From Gammaproteobacteria bacterium (GTDB lineage: Bacteria > Pseudomonadota > Gammaproteobacteria > GCA-001735895): a stretch of 64,000 bases of DNA. Position numbers and translations under genes: made by a program. Within the stretch, counting starts at the first letter, position 1, and each line of letters starts with the position of its first letter. The notes below the pieces were generated by a model that saw only the letters and a list, made by a program, of their open reading frames with translations, searched no databases and was not told the DNA's origin. Where the stretch lies: assembly GCA_050298595.1 (NCBI GenBank), contig JBNKUM010000067.1:2976-66975 (forward strand), in the 5' to 3' direction. Shown here piece after piece: positions 21,424 to 31,765 of the stretch.

Positions 21424-21765
21424 TTAATTCATATAGGCTCTGGCTTCTTCGCCGGGATTGGGTAATCCAGCCATTTTCCACAGATTCAGACAGCTACCAA
21501 ACTGCTGCTTAAGCTCACGTTTATCGAGACCAGCCGACTTACATACGCTACGCATGGGCGGTAATGCACCTAGTCTCATGTATTTATCTCGAATAATGTC
21601 GATCAAATGCCAGTGCTGTTGAACCAGTTCGATGCCAGCTTCTTCCGCTCTACGTACAGTAAAGGATTCGGTCCAGTCGACTGGATTAATCAGATAACCG
21701 TCTTCGTCCAGTATTTGCTTATTCTGCAAATTTTCTATGTTGTTTTCAGTTTGTATATGAAGCAT
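21424..21765 (-). CDS. TusE/DsrC-family protein lacking the conserved C-terminal cysteine
   Basis: Alignable to E. coli TusE (…GYL…W…HW.VI.F.R..Y…LFP.G…AGLP.P), but it ends …GLPNPGEEARAYMN instead of …KPxKC[IV]. Confidence 0.6.
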   Translation of the reverse strand: MLHIQTENNIENLQNKQILDEDGYLINPVDWTESFTVRRAEEAGIELVQQHWHLIDIIRDKYMRLGALPPMRSVCKSAGLDKRELKQQFGSCLNLWKMAGLPNPGEEARAYMN

Positions 21766-21869
21766 TTTGGTGCCTCCAATATGGGGTGAGGAGATTATAG
21801 TCAGGCTGCATATATTAAATAAAATAATAAATAATGATTCAATATCATAGTTATTGATACACTCCGCTT

Positions 21870-22790
21870 ATGGAAATCCGTCAACTACAGACTCTGATCA
21901 CCCTGATCAATAATGACTTCAATGTTTCGGTCACTGCTGAAAAGCTATTTCTGGTTCAATCAGCAGTATCTCAACAGTTAAAACGTCTGGAGCTGGAGCT
22001 GGGTAGCGGTTTATTTATACGCAAGGGTAAGCGTATGACCGGCCTCACCCCATTTGGCGAACAGGTCGAACAACTGGCGTATGAAGCAATTCAGGTATTT
22101 AAAAATATTGAACGCCTGGCAGAGGATCAACTGCAACACAGCCAGGGCATACTACGTATTGGCTGTACGCATACTCAGGCGCGCTATATATTGCCAGCCG
22201 TAATCAATCTGTTCAATCGCAGCTACCCGGATGTTGAGCTACAGATGCATCAGGGCAATCCGCAACAGCTGGTTGAATGGGCCGTCCACGATGTAGTGGA
22301 TTTTTCTATCTGCACGGAAGAACTTGCTCAATCAGATAAGCTTGAGAGCATCCCCTGTTATCGTTGGAATCGTTGTCTTATCACTCTGCCTGATCATCCG
22401 ATTCAGCAACTGCAAAAGCCCACACTGGCTGACCTGTGCAAATATCCCATTGTTACCTATGTCGTGGGGTTTACCGGGCGTAAAAGTTTTAATCAAACCT
22501 TCGAAAAAGAAAAGCTTAAACCCAACACCGTACTCAGTGCTGCGGATACCGATATCATCAAGACCTATGTGCTGGATGGATTAGGCATTGGGGTCATCGC
22601 CAGTATGGCTTACAATGAAAACATTGACAAACAGCTTTGCTTTAAAGATTTAAGCCATCTTTTCCCCTGGGAAACCACCCGCATCGCCTACCTGAAAAAT
22701 AAGTATATTCGACGTTATCAGCAAACCTTTATCGATTTGTTTCTGGAAACCATCCGCAAAGATCAAAGCTCCCGGTTCGAAGCCTTATAG
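21870..22790 (+). CDS. LysR-family transcriptional regulator, CysB/Cbl-like
   Basis: N-terminal HTH (…LNVSSTAE.L…QSAVSQQLKRLE.ELG..LF.R.GKR…) closely resembles CysB-type regulators; divergent from the TusE-like gene. Confidence 0.7.
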   Translation: MEIRQLQTLITLINNDFNVSVTAEKLFLVQSAVSQQLKRLELELGSGLFIRKGKRMTGLTPFGEQVEQLAYEAIQVFKNIERLAEDQLQHSQGILRIGCTHTQARYILPAVINLFNRSYPDVELQMHQGNPQQLVEWAVHDVVDFSICTEELAQSDKLESIPCYRWNRCLITLPDHPIQQLQKPTLADLCKYPIVTYVVGFTGRKSFNQTFEKEKLKPNTVLSAADTDIIKTYVLDGLGIGVIASMAYNENIDKQLCFKDLSHLFPWETTRIAYLKNKYIRRYQQTFIDLFLETIRKDQSSRFEAL

Positions 22791-22791
22791 G

Positions 22792-23217
22792 TTAATCAGT
22801 ATCGCGCACCTTCGAACGCAGATTTTTGATCTGTCCTTTATGAGTTTTTGAATCCATACGTTTTCGTTTTGCCGCTCTGGAGGGTTTAGTTGCAATTCGC
22901 TTCTTCTGACTGATGTTGACACTCTTTATCAATTCAGCCAATCGAGCGAATGCATCATCACGATTTTTTTCCTGAGTCCGATATCGTTGCGCCTTAATCA
23001 CTATGACGCCTTCTTTACTGATACGTTTATCCTTCAGATTAAGCAGGCGCTGTTTATAAAAGTCAGGCAGGGACGAACTTTCAATATCAAAGCGGCAATG
23101 TATCGCACTGGAAACCTTATTGACGTTCTGGCCACCTGGACCCTGTGCGCGGATGGCTTCGAGCTCTATCTCGGTTTCGGGCAGTGAAACGTTAGAAGAA
23201 ATCTTTAACGCAATCAT
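22792..23217 (-). CDS. arfB: Alternative ribosome-rescue factor B (peptidyl-tRNA hydrolase)
   Basis: 141 aa with a GGQ motif (GPGGQNVNKVSSA) and a basic C-terminal tail. Confidence 0.85.
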   Translation of the reverse strand: MIALKISSNVSLPETEIELEAIRAQGPGGQNVNKVSSAIHCRFDIESSSLPDFYKQRLLNLKDKRISKEGVIVIKAQRYRTQEKNRDDAFARLAELIKSVNISQKKRIATKPSRAAKRKRMDSKTHKGQIKNLRSKVRDTD

Positions 23218-23271
23218 ATTGTTCGCATGGGAGGTTAGATATTAATACCTGTATAGCCTTTTGTAGGTTGG

Positions 23272-24741
23272 TCATTCTCCACGCTGTTGATCAATACGTC
23301 GTCTGAACGAAGCCATAATGCTTTTATATAACTGATGCCCCAACACCTTGTCTTCTACTTCGGAATCTATACTGGGGTTATCATTCACTTCGATCACAAA
23401 TACACCCGCATCGGTTTCTTTTAGATCTACTCCATATAGACCATCACCAATCAGGTTAGCTGCTTTGACTGCGGTCTTAACTACCTTTTTGGGTGCAGCT
23501 TCTATGGTCATAGTTTCAAAGTCACCGCTATAGTTTTCACCTGCCGCATGATCGTAGATTTGCCAATGTCCGGAAGACATCATGTATTTACACACAAACA
23601 GAGGTTTACGATCGAGTACTCCTACGCGCCAGTCATAATCTGTGTACATGTATTCCTGCGCGAGGATAAGGTCAGAATCGCGAAACAGCTTTTGACAGGT
23701 AGATTTCAGCTCTTTTAAGTTTTCAGCCTTGTAAACACCACGAGAAAAGGAGCCGTCGGGTATCTTTAGAATAATAGGGAAACTAATATCCTTACTGAGT
23801 TGCTTTTCCTGACCCTTGCTCAGGATTAATGTCTTTGGTGTCGGCACCTTATTGGCACGTAATAATTCTTCCAGAAACACCTTGTTAGTACAGCGCAATA
23901 TCGAATCAGGATCATCCATCACCACCAGTCCTTCATTCTGCGCCCGGCGCGCAAAACGAAAGGTATGGTGATCTATGGAAGTCGTTTCACGAATAAACAG
24001 GGCATCATATTCAGCAATGCGACCGTAATCTTTTTTAGTGATCAATTCTGCGGACATGCCTGACTCGTTTGCCGCCTTAATAAAGCACCCGAGTGCCTCT
24101 GCATCTGATGGCGGTAATTTCTCCGCTGGATTGTGCAAGATTGCCAGTTCATATTTATATTGGCGCTGAGCTTTTGGTTTACGCCAGGGTTTACTCAGAT
24201 AAGCCTGTAACGCTGAGACAAAAGTAATCTTTTCCTGATCATCAAGAGACTTGAGTGAAACTGGCCGAACATCTTCTATCCTCCAACCTTTTTTATACCT
24301 GAAATCTACTCGCAGTAAAGGCGTACTAAAGATCTCAAAAATCTGTTGCCCCAGTTCCTGTAACTCAGGAATAGAGGAACGACCAAACATCACTTTGATT
24401 TTCAGGCGTGTTATTTCCGAAGATAGTCCTTTTTTACTGATGGCTTTTTCCACCTGGTTTTCAAGATTTCGTGTCATCAGGCTATAGATAGAGCGTCGAC
24501 TCAAATCCTGAATAGTGCGCACCGACGGTATTACCTTATGGTTCCTGGCTTCGGCTAGCAGTGAACAGTAATAGCCCAGACTGGCATAGCGATGACTGCG
24601 ACACAGATTGACGATGCGCAAGCGCTGCTCGGGGGGATAGCTTTTGCCTGTCAGGTATTCATTTACGGTAATCACTTTCAGATCCGGAAATTGCTTAGGC
24701 CAGTGTGACAGCTTTTCGACGATGACTATGTGCTCTGACAT
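23272..24741 (-). CDS. RimK-family ATP-grasp protein with an N-terminal domain of about 190 aa (function unknown)
   Basis: The C-terminal 300 aa form an ATP-grasp (RimK/LysX-like …GSFSRGVYK…AQEYM.TDYDWRVGVLD…GVDLKE…VIEVNDNPS); a unique N-terminal domain; adjacent to the GNAT/C39 gene. Confidence 0.7.
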   Translation of the reverse strand: MSEHIVIVEKLSHWPKQFPDLKVITVNEYLTGKSYPPEQRLRIVNLCRSHRYASLGYYCSLLAEARNHKVIPSVRTIQDLSRRSIYSLMTRNLENQVEKAISKKGLSSEITRLKIKVMFGRSSIPELQELGQQIFEIFSTPLLRVDFRYKKGWRIEDVRPVSLKSLDDQEKITFVSALQAYLSKPWRKPKAQRQYKYELAILHNPAEKLPPSDAEALGCFIKAANESGMSAELITKKDYGRIAEYDALFIRETTSIDHHTFRFARRAQNEGLVVMDDPDSILRCTNKVFLEELLRANKVPTPKTLILSKGQEKQLSKDISFPIILKIPDGSFSRGVYKAENLKELKSTCQKLFRDSDLILAQEYMYTDYDWRVGVLDRKPLFVCKYMMSSGHWQIYDHAAGENYSGDFETMTIEAAPKKVVKTAVKAANLIGDGLYGVDLKETDAGVFVIEVNDNPSIDSEVEDKVLGHQLYKSIMASFRRRIDQQRGE

Positions 24742-24762
24742 TCTTTTTCTCAGCCCGGGTAA

Positions 24763-25866
24763 TTATTTTTTGTGGTTATTCGAAATCAATACGACAGCCT
24801 GCAGGCCAGAACGACCGAAACGTGCCATGCGTGAGAACTCCCTGCGCGGGATAGCGATATTGATTGAGTCAGTTGGTGTTTCTCCTTCCTCACGATCAAC
24901 AAAAGGGTCATTCACGTATACCAGATGCTGGTCAAATCCACAAACGACTACCCAGTGAGGATTCTTTTCACCATAAATACGGTAAGAACTGATCAGTACA
25001 ATCGGAATCGCACCTGAGTTAAGCCTGGCTTCCATCTCCGGTTGTTCCAGGTTCTGGTAATGCACCGGGATCTGGTAATCTTTGATCTCCCCCAGCATCT
25101 CTTCATGTACCAGACGCATGACTTCTTTCTTTTCTGGGCTACGTACTGTTTCCACAAATGGCACGCCCTGATCATTAACATGAATAACTGCATTGAATCC
25201 ACGCTTATGAGCCGCTAGCGCCAGACCAAAGGGGCCGCAGCCGCCATGGCCGGATGTCATAAATATCGTAGTCGCTTCACGCCATAGACGGATTTCCAGT
25301 GTTCTATCCAGTGTCAATTCAGGTTGCAGACTTTTCATTGCCATCATCAAAGCAGAAGCACCGCAGGTAAATTCCAGTGTCTGCTCGTAAAAAGGCATAT
25401 TGGCTAATTGTGGAGGCTGATCTGGTTGCAGGCTTTTCTCGAAGCGTAGTGCGGGCATATGATCTTCATAATAATCTGCCAGTACGCCAAAGCGATGGTA
25501 GCCCAGTCCTTCAAACAGTCGCAATGACGCAGCATTGTCTTCTCGTATTTCAAGGCGAATATAAAAACGTCCCTGATCACGTGCCGCGGTTTCGGCAGCA
25601 TTGACCAGCCGCCTGCCTATTCCCATGCCACGAGCGCGTTCCTCGATGGCAATAGAATACAGACGTGCAACCGAGGTTGCCCGGTTATATAGCACCATGA
25701 CATATCCAGCCAGCCCTTCATTATCTTCAGATAACAGTATATCCGCATGAGAGCGGGTCAGCAGATAACGCCATTGTCGACGTGAAATCAGGTCTGTCTC
25801 GAAACAACGTTTTTCTATACCCGTGAGCTGGTCAATATCAGAAAGTTTGGCAGGGCGGATCAACAA
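24763..25866 (-). CDS. Bifunctional GNAT N-acetyltransferase / peptidase C39-like protein
   Basis: N-terminal GNAT region (…RLYSIAIEERARGMGIGRRL…) and a C-terminal papain-like region with a candidate catalytic Cys (FTCGASALMMA) and a downstream His; paired with the RimK-family gene. Confidence 0.65.
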   Translation of the reverse strand: MLIRPAKLSDIDQLTGIEKRCFETDLISRRQWRYLLTRSHADILLSEDNEGLAGYVMVLYNRATSVARLYSIAIEERARGMGIGRRLVNAAETAARDQGRFYIRLEIREDNAASLRLFEGLGYHRFGVLADYYEDHMPALRFEKSLQPDQPPQLANMPFYEQTLEFTCGASALMMAMKSLQPELTLDRTLEIRLWREATTIFMTSGHGGCGPFGLALAAHKRGFNAVIHVNDQGVPFVETVRSPEKKEVMRLVHEEMLGEIKDYQIPVHYQNLEQPEMEARLNSGAIPIVLISSYRIYGEKNPHWVVVCGFDQHLVYVNDPFVDREEGETPTDSINIAIPRREFSRMARFGRSGLQAVVLISNNHKK

Positions 25867-26155
25867 AGTATCGCAATTGGGATATTTAGAAATCTTATCT
25901 TAGCAACTTTGAATAAAAAGGAAATGGATATTTTTTAAAGTTGGAATAGCTACTATGACTGTTATTTTTGGCATTAAATTGAATTCCTGACCAATATGAA
26001 AATCCGATAAAACTACTTTTTTGTGATCGTGCTCGTTAAAATACAGCCTTAACCACCAGATGAACCACAACAGTGATCAGTTTTTTTATCTGTTACATGA
26101 TGCCGTATCGTAAGCAACCACACACTTTACTTGCAAAAGAACATCGGGGTTCCTG

Positions 26156-27283
26156 ATGAGTTTCTGCCGCTTTTACGATAATGCAGACTGCCGTTCCTGT
26201 TCGTTGCTTGAGCTCTCCTACCCAATGCAATTGCAACAGAAAGAACAACAACTGCATCAGATTCTCGATCACTTCAAACCAGCCCACTGGCTTGCGCCGA
26301 TAACCGGATCTCAAACAGGTTTCCGCAACAAAGCAAAAATGGTCGCTACAGCGTCACCCCAGGGTATCGTACTCGGATTGTCTGGTGGCATTAGTCTGAT
26401 CGAATGTCCACTGTATGAAAGCAACATGCAAAGGGTATTGCAGCAGGTGCAGCGCTGGTTGAATACTATAGGGGTCAAAGCATATGACGTAAAACGTAAA
26501 AGCGGTGAATTAAAGTATGTATTATTCACCCGCAGCACATACGATAACTCGATGATGCTGCGTTTTGTATTACGCTCGACGTCCAGTATTGATGTTCTGC
26601 GCAAATCTCTCAACTTACTACTCAATAGCGCAACTGAATTAAAAGTAGTCAGTGTCAATCTACAACCTGTACACATGGCGATACTCGAGGGTGATGAAGA
26701 GATTTTTCTCACAGAGCAAACTGTGCTGGAGGAATCCCTGAATGGAATCCCGCTGTTCATCCGGCCCAAAAGCTTTTTCCAGACCAATCCTGAAGTAGCG
26801 GCAAAGCTATACCAGAGCGCAGCTGAATGGGTCGACTCTACCGGCGCTAAAACTATTATGGATCTGTTTTGCGGTGTCGGCGGATTTGCCCTGCATGTCG
26901 CGAATAATGATCGTAACGTCATTGGCATTGAAATCGAAGAGGAAGCCATCATCTGTGCGTCCAAATCTGCCAGGCGACTCGGCATCAATACTCTGAGCTT
27001 TAAAGCACTGGATGCAACGAGTTACAGCACAGAAACATCTACTCCGCCTGAGGTACTCATTGTCAATCCTCCGCGCAGAGGATTAGGCCAACAGCTATGC
27101 AACTGGATAGAAAGCAGTTCGCCTCAGCATATTATTTATTCAAGCTGTAATGCCGCCAGTCTCGGCCAGGATCTGACTGCAATGGAATCTTACAGTGTTG
27201 CCAAAGTACAGATGTTTGATATGTTCCCTCACTCGCGGCATTTCGAGACACTGGTTTATCTGGTAAAAAAAACAGGTAAATGA
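26156..27283 (+). CDS. rlmC: 23S rRNA (uracil747-C5)-methyltransferase
   Basis: 375 aa with an N-terminal Cys cluster (C…C..C), a SAM-binding motif (DLFCGVGGF) and a C-terminal catalytic nucleophile region (SSCNAASL), consistent with RlmC/RumB. Confidence 0.8.
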   Translation: MSFCRFYDNADCRSCSLLELSYPMQLQQKEQQLHQILDHFKPAHWLAPITGSQTGFRNKAKMVATASPQGIVLGLSGGISLIECPLYESNMQRVLQQVQRWLNTIGVKAYDVKRKSGELKYVLFTRSTYDNSMMLRFVLRSTSSIDVLRKSLNLLLNSATELKVVSVNLQPVHMAILEGDEEIFLTEQTVLEESLNGIPLFIRPKSFFQTNPEVAAKLYQSAAEWVDSTGAKTIMDLFCGVGGFALHVANNDRNVIGIEIEEEAIICASKSARRLGINTLSFKALDATSYSTETSTPPEVLIVNPPRRGLGQQLCNWIESSSPQHIIYSSCNAASLGQDLTAMESYSVAKVQMFDMFPHSRHFETLVYLVKKTGK

Positions 27284-27286
27284 TAT

Positions 27287-30100
27287 TTAGTCTTTCAATG
27301 CTTTTAATATGGTCGTGTAGTCAAAGTTCCTGGCGAGCTGAGTCAGTTTGCTCTGTAATTCCTGGTCGTGCATCGAAACCTGCTGGATGACCGCCTCAAT
27401 GCGCTTGGACTCCAGGCTTTCTAGCACTTCAACGAACTCATTGCGCAGTGCTTCAGGCAGGCTATTCAACATCTGCGGCGTTAACGATATATCCGGTTCT
27501 ATTACGTCTGATTCCACAGCGCTCTCATAAAGATATTTCACGCCTAGCTGTCTTGAAAGGCAATCATAAATCTCGCCCGGTCGGTAGGGCTTGCGCACAT
27601 AGTCATCCATGCCACTAGCAAGCATTTCGTCCCGCTCTTCGTCAAACGCCGATGCAGTCACTGCAGCAATCTTAACCTCCTTGCCACCCGCTAATTCACG
27701 GATGCGCCGTGTCGCCTGTATGCCATCCATCACAGGCATGCGTCTATCCATCCAGATGAAATGTGGATGCCAGCTCTCAAACAGTTGTACCCCCTGCTCA
27801 CCGTTCTCGGCTATCCTGACCTTAAAACCAACAGATTCCATAAACCTGCTCAGTAGCAACTGATTATCACGCTGGTCTTCCACGATCAAAATACGATACT
27901 CGCCCTGGTCAGGGGCCAGCGCCATCACTTCGTCCTTGACGATCACCTGCTCTGCCATAGTAATATCTGCCTCCTGTGCTTCAATCAGGGGTAGGTCGAG
28001 CCTGAACAACGAGCCTTTACCTGGAGCACTTTCCAGCCAGATATTCCCGCCCATCATCTTTACAAATTGACGCGTAATCGTTAATCCCAGCCCGGTGCCT
28101 TTATTGGTACCCTGTTCGCCAAGTTGCACAAAAGGCTCGAAAACCTTTTGCTGGTCTTCAACCGCTATGCCAATGCCAGTGTCCTCTACATCGATCAGCA
28201 GATGAGAGATCTTATTATCCTTTGTGTCCAGGCGTAGCGTGACCCCCCCCTGCTCAGTATTTTTGATGGCGTTGCTTACCAGATTGATCAGAATCTGCCG
28301 TAGACGGGCCTGATCACCGACAATGAAACGTGGGAATAGAGAACTCTGGTCGATCCTTAATTGCAGGCCTTTGTTGAAAGCACGTTGCTGCATCATGTCA
28401 ATAATATCGCGCACCAGAGTACCCAGATCGAAGGCTGCATTTTCCAGATTCACCTGTCCCGCTTCGATCTTGGCCATATCTAGCACATCGTTAATCAGCG
28501 CCAGCAGATGTTTACCGCTACGACTAATAATTTCGATGTTCTCACGCAGGGATTCGTGTAGTAATGGATTATTGGTCATGAGTTCGGAGAACCCGAGGAT
28601 GGCGTTCAGAGGTGTGCGAAGTTCATGACTCATATTGGCCAGGAAGGCACTCTTGGCACGGCTGGCTGATTCAGCGTGTTCCTTGGCAGATAGCAACTGC
28701 CGATTTGAATCGGCTAACTCGTGAGTACGTTCATTCACCTTTGCCTCCAGGCCCCCAATTAATGCATGCAATTGACCTGCAATATTATTAAAGACGGATG
28801 TCAGCTCACTGATTTCATCTTCCGATTGGGGTGCTATTGGATGCTGTAGATAACGTCTCAGAGCAATACGCTGGCTATACTCTCTATCTACTTCTTCTTC
28901 CACCATCTCAGGTTTCTCCAGACCCATCGCAGATACTGCCCTGGTAAGCGCCCTGATCGGTGCAACGATTCTACTGATCAAGGAGTATCCGACGGCACCT
29001 CCCAACACAAGAATAAACACAGACGCGGCAATAATGCCCATGACGGTTTGGCGGATGGTGGCAATGGTGTTTTCCCTCGAAAGTGCCTGACTCAGAATAA
29101 GCGAGCTACCATCCTCTGCTATCTGCCAGGGCATAGAAGCCTGGTAGTAGGAATCCCCTCCTATATTTACGGTATGCAACTGGATAAGCGGGTCTCTTTG
29201 CGCAGACAAAACTTCAGTTGGTGTAGCCAGATCTACCAATTGAACACGCTGCTGCCCATCTGCGGAGATAATAGCCGGCAACAAACCCGTCTTCTCAGTA
29301 AGATTTTGCAGAAAGCCTTTGTCAAATACCTGAGTAAAAACAAACATACCGATCCTGACCGGTAAGTCCTCCTGCGTTAGCTGGGCTTGCAAAGCTGTCG
29401 TAGGCGTGGCTATGCTCAGGTTTTCGGCAATGACTTCGTTAAAAGACTGGCGAATCATACCTTGAATCGGCACTATCACGTGCAGCTCGATAACCTCTTG
29501 TGCAGGAAAATCGAAGCTTACCGTCACCCTGTCCACATTGGGAAAGTGGCGATGGATTGATCCTGGCAGTGGGATTTCTGACCAGTTACGCCAGTCATCC
29601 AGCGGTACCTTACCATTTCTGTACTGCTGAATCCCAACCACCCTAGTTTGACTATCGTGTCGCTTTATCATGCCCGCCGCCTGCGGCGTCACAAAATGTG
29701 ACAGGTCATCATCTAGATACACCGCCACACTGGACAGGCGTGCGGAGAGCAGGATTAACTGTAAGCGGTTTAAGGATGTGACCCGGTTAAGACTTACAGC
29801 GCTGTCGAGAGGAGCGCTAGGTTGATTTTTCAGCTTGAGTAGCTGGCTGTATAAAACAGCCATATCGCTAAGATTCTTTTCGTCACGCGCGGCTTGCATA
29901 GACACATTAGACATACGGTTGCGCATTTCCTGTAGATCGTTTTGAAATACGATCAACTCACGTGACAATCGGTTATAGGCTTCTGCCTGACTCTCGCGGT
30001 TAATCAGGTATGAAGCCAGCAGGGCATTAAGCAGCGTAACCGCTAACAGAAATGCCGCAAAGATAGCCAGTAGCTTGTATTTAATACTTACAATTTTCAC
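27287..30100 (-). CDS. Hybrid sensor histidine kinase / response regulator (copy 1) with a periplasmic sensor domain of about 320 aa
   Basis: Order: TM, periplasmic domain, TM, HAMP-like region, HisKA ([17 protein letters not shown]), HATPase (GTGLGLTI), REC (…MDRRMPVMDG…DDYVRKP), then a conserved tail of about 80 aa. About 55% identical to the kinase at 31766-34588. Confidence 0.85.
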   Translation of the reverse strand: MKIVSIKYKLLAIFAAFLLAVTLLNALLASYLINRESQAEAYNRLSRELIVFQNDLQEMRNRMSNVSMQAARDEKNLSDMAVLYSQLLKLKNQPSAPLDSAVSLNRVTSLNRLQLILLSARLSSVAVYLDDDLSHFVTPQAAGMIKRHDSQTRVVGIQQYRNGKVPLDDWRNWSEIPLPGSIHRHFPNVDRVTVSFDFPAQEVIELHVIVPIQGMIRQSFNEVIAENLSIATPTTALQAQLTQEDLPVRIGMFVFTQVFDKGFLQNLTEKTGLLPAIISADGQQRVQLVDLATPTEVLSAQRDPLIQLHTVNIGGDSYYQASMPWQIAEDGSSLILSQALSRENTIATIRQTVMGIIAASVFILVLGGAVGYSLISRIVAPIRALTRAVSAMGLEKPEMVEEEVDREYSQRIALRRYLQHPIAPQSEDEISELTSVFNNIAGQLHALIGGLEAKVNERTHELADSNRQLLSAKEHAESASRAKSAFLANMSHELRTPLNAILGFSELMTNNPLLHESLRENIEIISRSGKHLLALINDVLDMAKIEAGQVNLENAAFDLGTLVRDIIDMMQQRAFNKGLQLRIDQSSLFPRFIVGDQARLRQILINLVSNAIKNTEQGGVTLRLDTKDNKISHLLIDVEDTGIGIAVEDQQKVFEPFVQLGEQGTNKGTGLGLTITRQFVKMMGGNIWLESAPGKGSLFRLDLPLIEAQEADITMAEQVIVKDEVMALAPDQGEYRILIVEDQRDNQLLLSRFMESVGFKVRIAENGEQGVQLFESWHPHFIWMDRRMPVMDGIQATRRIRELAGGKEVKIAAVTASAFDEERDEMLASGMDDYVRKPYRPGEIYDCLSRQLGVKYLYESAVESDVIEPDISLTPQMLNSLPEALRNEFVEVLESLESKRIEAVIQQVSMHDQELQSKLTQLARNFDYTTILKALKD

Positions 30101-30184
30101 TATTAATTAGCATCAGTAATCGATGCACGTCCCTCAATCAATCAGCTGATAAAAAACAGGGGCTCGTTGCACATCCGTTCAACA

Positions 30185-31546
30185 CTACCGATGAGCATAA
30201 CCGTTATGATCTTGAATGTCCTGATCAATCTTTTCGGCTGCTTTACTGAGTTCGGCCTGCACATCAGCCCCTTTAATTATATTATCTACCGCCTCGGCGA
30301 AGACTTTGGTGATAGTTGCATAGGCTGGCGTGAGGGGACGAGGCACAGCCCAACCGGCTTCTATCTGTTGAACATACACGTTTAAAGGGCCACCTGGCTG
30401 GTAAAGCTCTGACCTGGCAAATGCCGATTTACGCGCCGGTACACCAGGGTGAATACCTGTCCAACGCACAATCTTGTCGGGTTGCAGAATATAGTCCAGG
30501 ATCGCCCAGCTCCCTTCAGGATTCTGGCAGGAGCTGGTGATACCAAAATTCCAGGCACCCAAACCAGTTTTGGGTCCATTGCCAAAGTCAGGCATGGGGA
30601 TGACAACCAAATCTTCGCCCAAAGCATCCGCATAGCTGCTATAGGTCCAGTGTCCTACCCAGGAAAGCGCCGCTTTGCCAGAAGCAAAATCCGTATCTCC
30701 CTGTGGGCTGGGGTTAGCCCAGCCCTTCTGGAACCAGCTCTGGAAATGCTGCATAGCTGTGACGGATTGAGGTCCATCCAGTACGCCTTTGGCAGACTGG
30801 TAGTTATTGCGATCAATCAAGTCACCGCCGAAAGACTGCAGGATGGGTGAAAAACCATAGGTAAAGAATTCACCGCGCCCATAGTTGATTTTCATATCCA
30901 GTGGATATTCAACGTCTGGGACGGCGGCCAGTTTTTCTAAAGCCGCTTCAAACTCAGCCAGATCCCATGGCTGCTGGATGGTAGGTATGCGCACGCCAGC
31001 TGCCTTTAGGTACTGGCGATTGCCATACATCGCCAGACCAGAGTCAACTATACCCAGTGTATACAGATTATTATTGTAGGTTCCCTGGGCAATGATAGAG
31101 GGCAGGAAATCGGCCTTCATCTGTGCTGACACAAAGCGGTCTATGGGTTGCAGGTAACCCAGCCAGGCCAGATATGAGACCATAGGTCCGTCAAAGAAAA
31201 GCAGGCAGGGCAGATCACCTGTGCGCCCGGCAGCCAGGATGCGGTCGGTGTAAATGCCTTCTGGCACCAGTGTCATCTCGGCTGAGTAGCGATCCTGCTC
31301 CTTGTTAAAGTCCTTCAGATTGAGTTCCATTGCTTTTAAGGCATTACCGGTACCGGCATTGAACCATACCGTCACGATTTGATTCCTGCTAACTGCGGCT
31401 GATGGAGGCTTAATCTTAGTGGGCGCTGGTTCAGGCGCTATACTGGCTGGTGGGCTTTTAGCAGTGGGTTCACTGGGTGGATCGCAAGCCGTTAGCACGG
31501 ATGCTAGCATGAATAAAATTATTAGATAACTAACCTTCTTGTGCAT
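30185..31546 (-). CDS. Periplasmic solute-binding protein, ABC family 1 (sugar-type), lipoprotein; partner of hybrid kinase copy 1
   Basis: Signal peptide with lipobox (LTAC); typical family-1 binding-protein length and motifs; about 65% identical to the copy at 34615-35982; directly upstream of, and co-directional with, the kinase. Confidence 0.75.
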   Translation of the reverse strand: MHKKVSYLIILFMLASVLTACDPPSEPTAKSPPASIAPEPAPTKIKPPSAAVSRNQIVTVWFNAGTGNALKAMELNLKDFNKEQDRYSAEMTLVPEGIYTDRILAAGRTGDLPCLLFFDGPMVSYLAWLGYLQPIDRFVSAQMKADFLPSIIAQGTYNNNLYTLGIVDSGLAMYGNRQYLKAAGVRIPTIQQPWDLAEFEAALEKLAAVPDVEYPLDMKINYGRGEFFTYGFSPILQSFGGDLIDRNNYQSAKGVLDGPQSVTAMQHFQSWFQKGWANPSPQGDTDFASGKAALSWVGHWTYSSYADALGEDLVVIPMPDFGNGPKTGLGAWNFGITSSCQNPEGSWAILDYILQPDKIVRWTGIHPGVPARKSAFARSELYQPGGPLNVYVQQIEAGWAVPRPLTPAYATITKVFAEAVDNIIKGADVQAELSKAAEKIDQDIQDHNGYAHR

Positions 31547-31765
31547 GACTTTTCACCTGTAAATGAATCGAATACCTTTTCAATCGTCGAGCTCTAATGA
31601 TCTGCCTGTCAGCAGCGGGATGCATGCGCTACTGCTTTTACTTTTATCTTCATACCCTTCAGACTCCTGAGTGTGAAAACCTATTTCTTACTTACGCGAT
31701 ATATAGCCCAGTTTGCACAGCGGTGTATGAATAATAAACGCCTCAGCCTTAGATCGACAGGCCAA

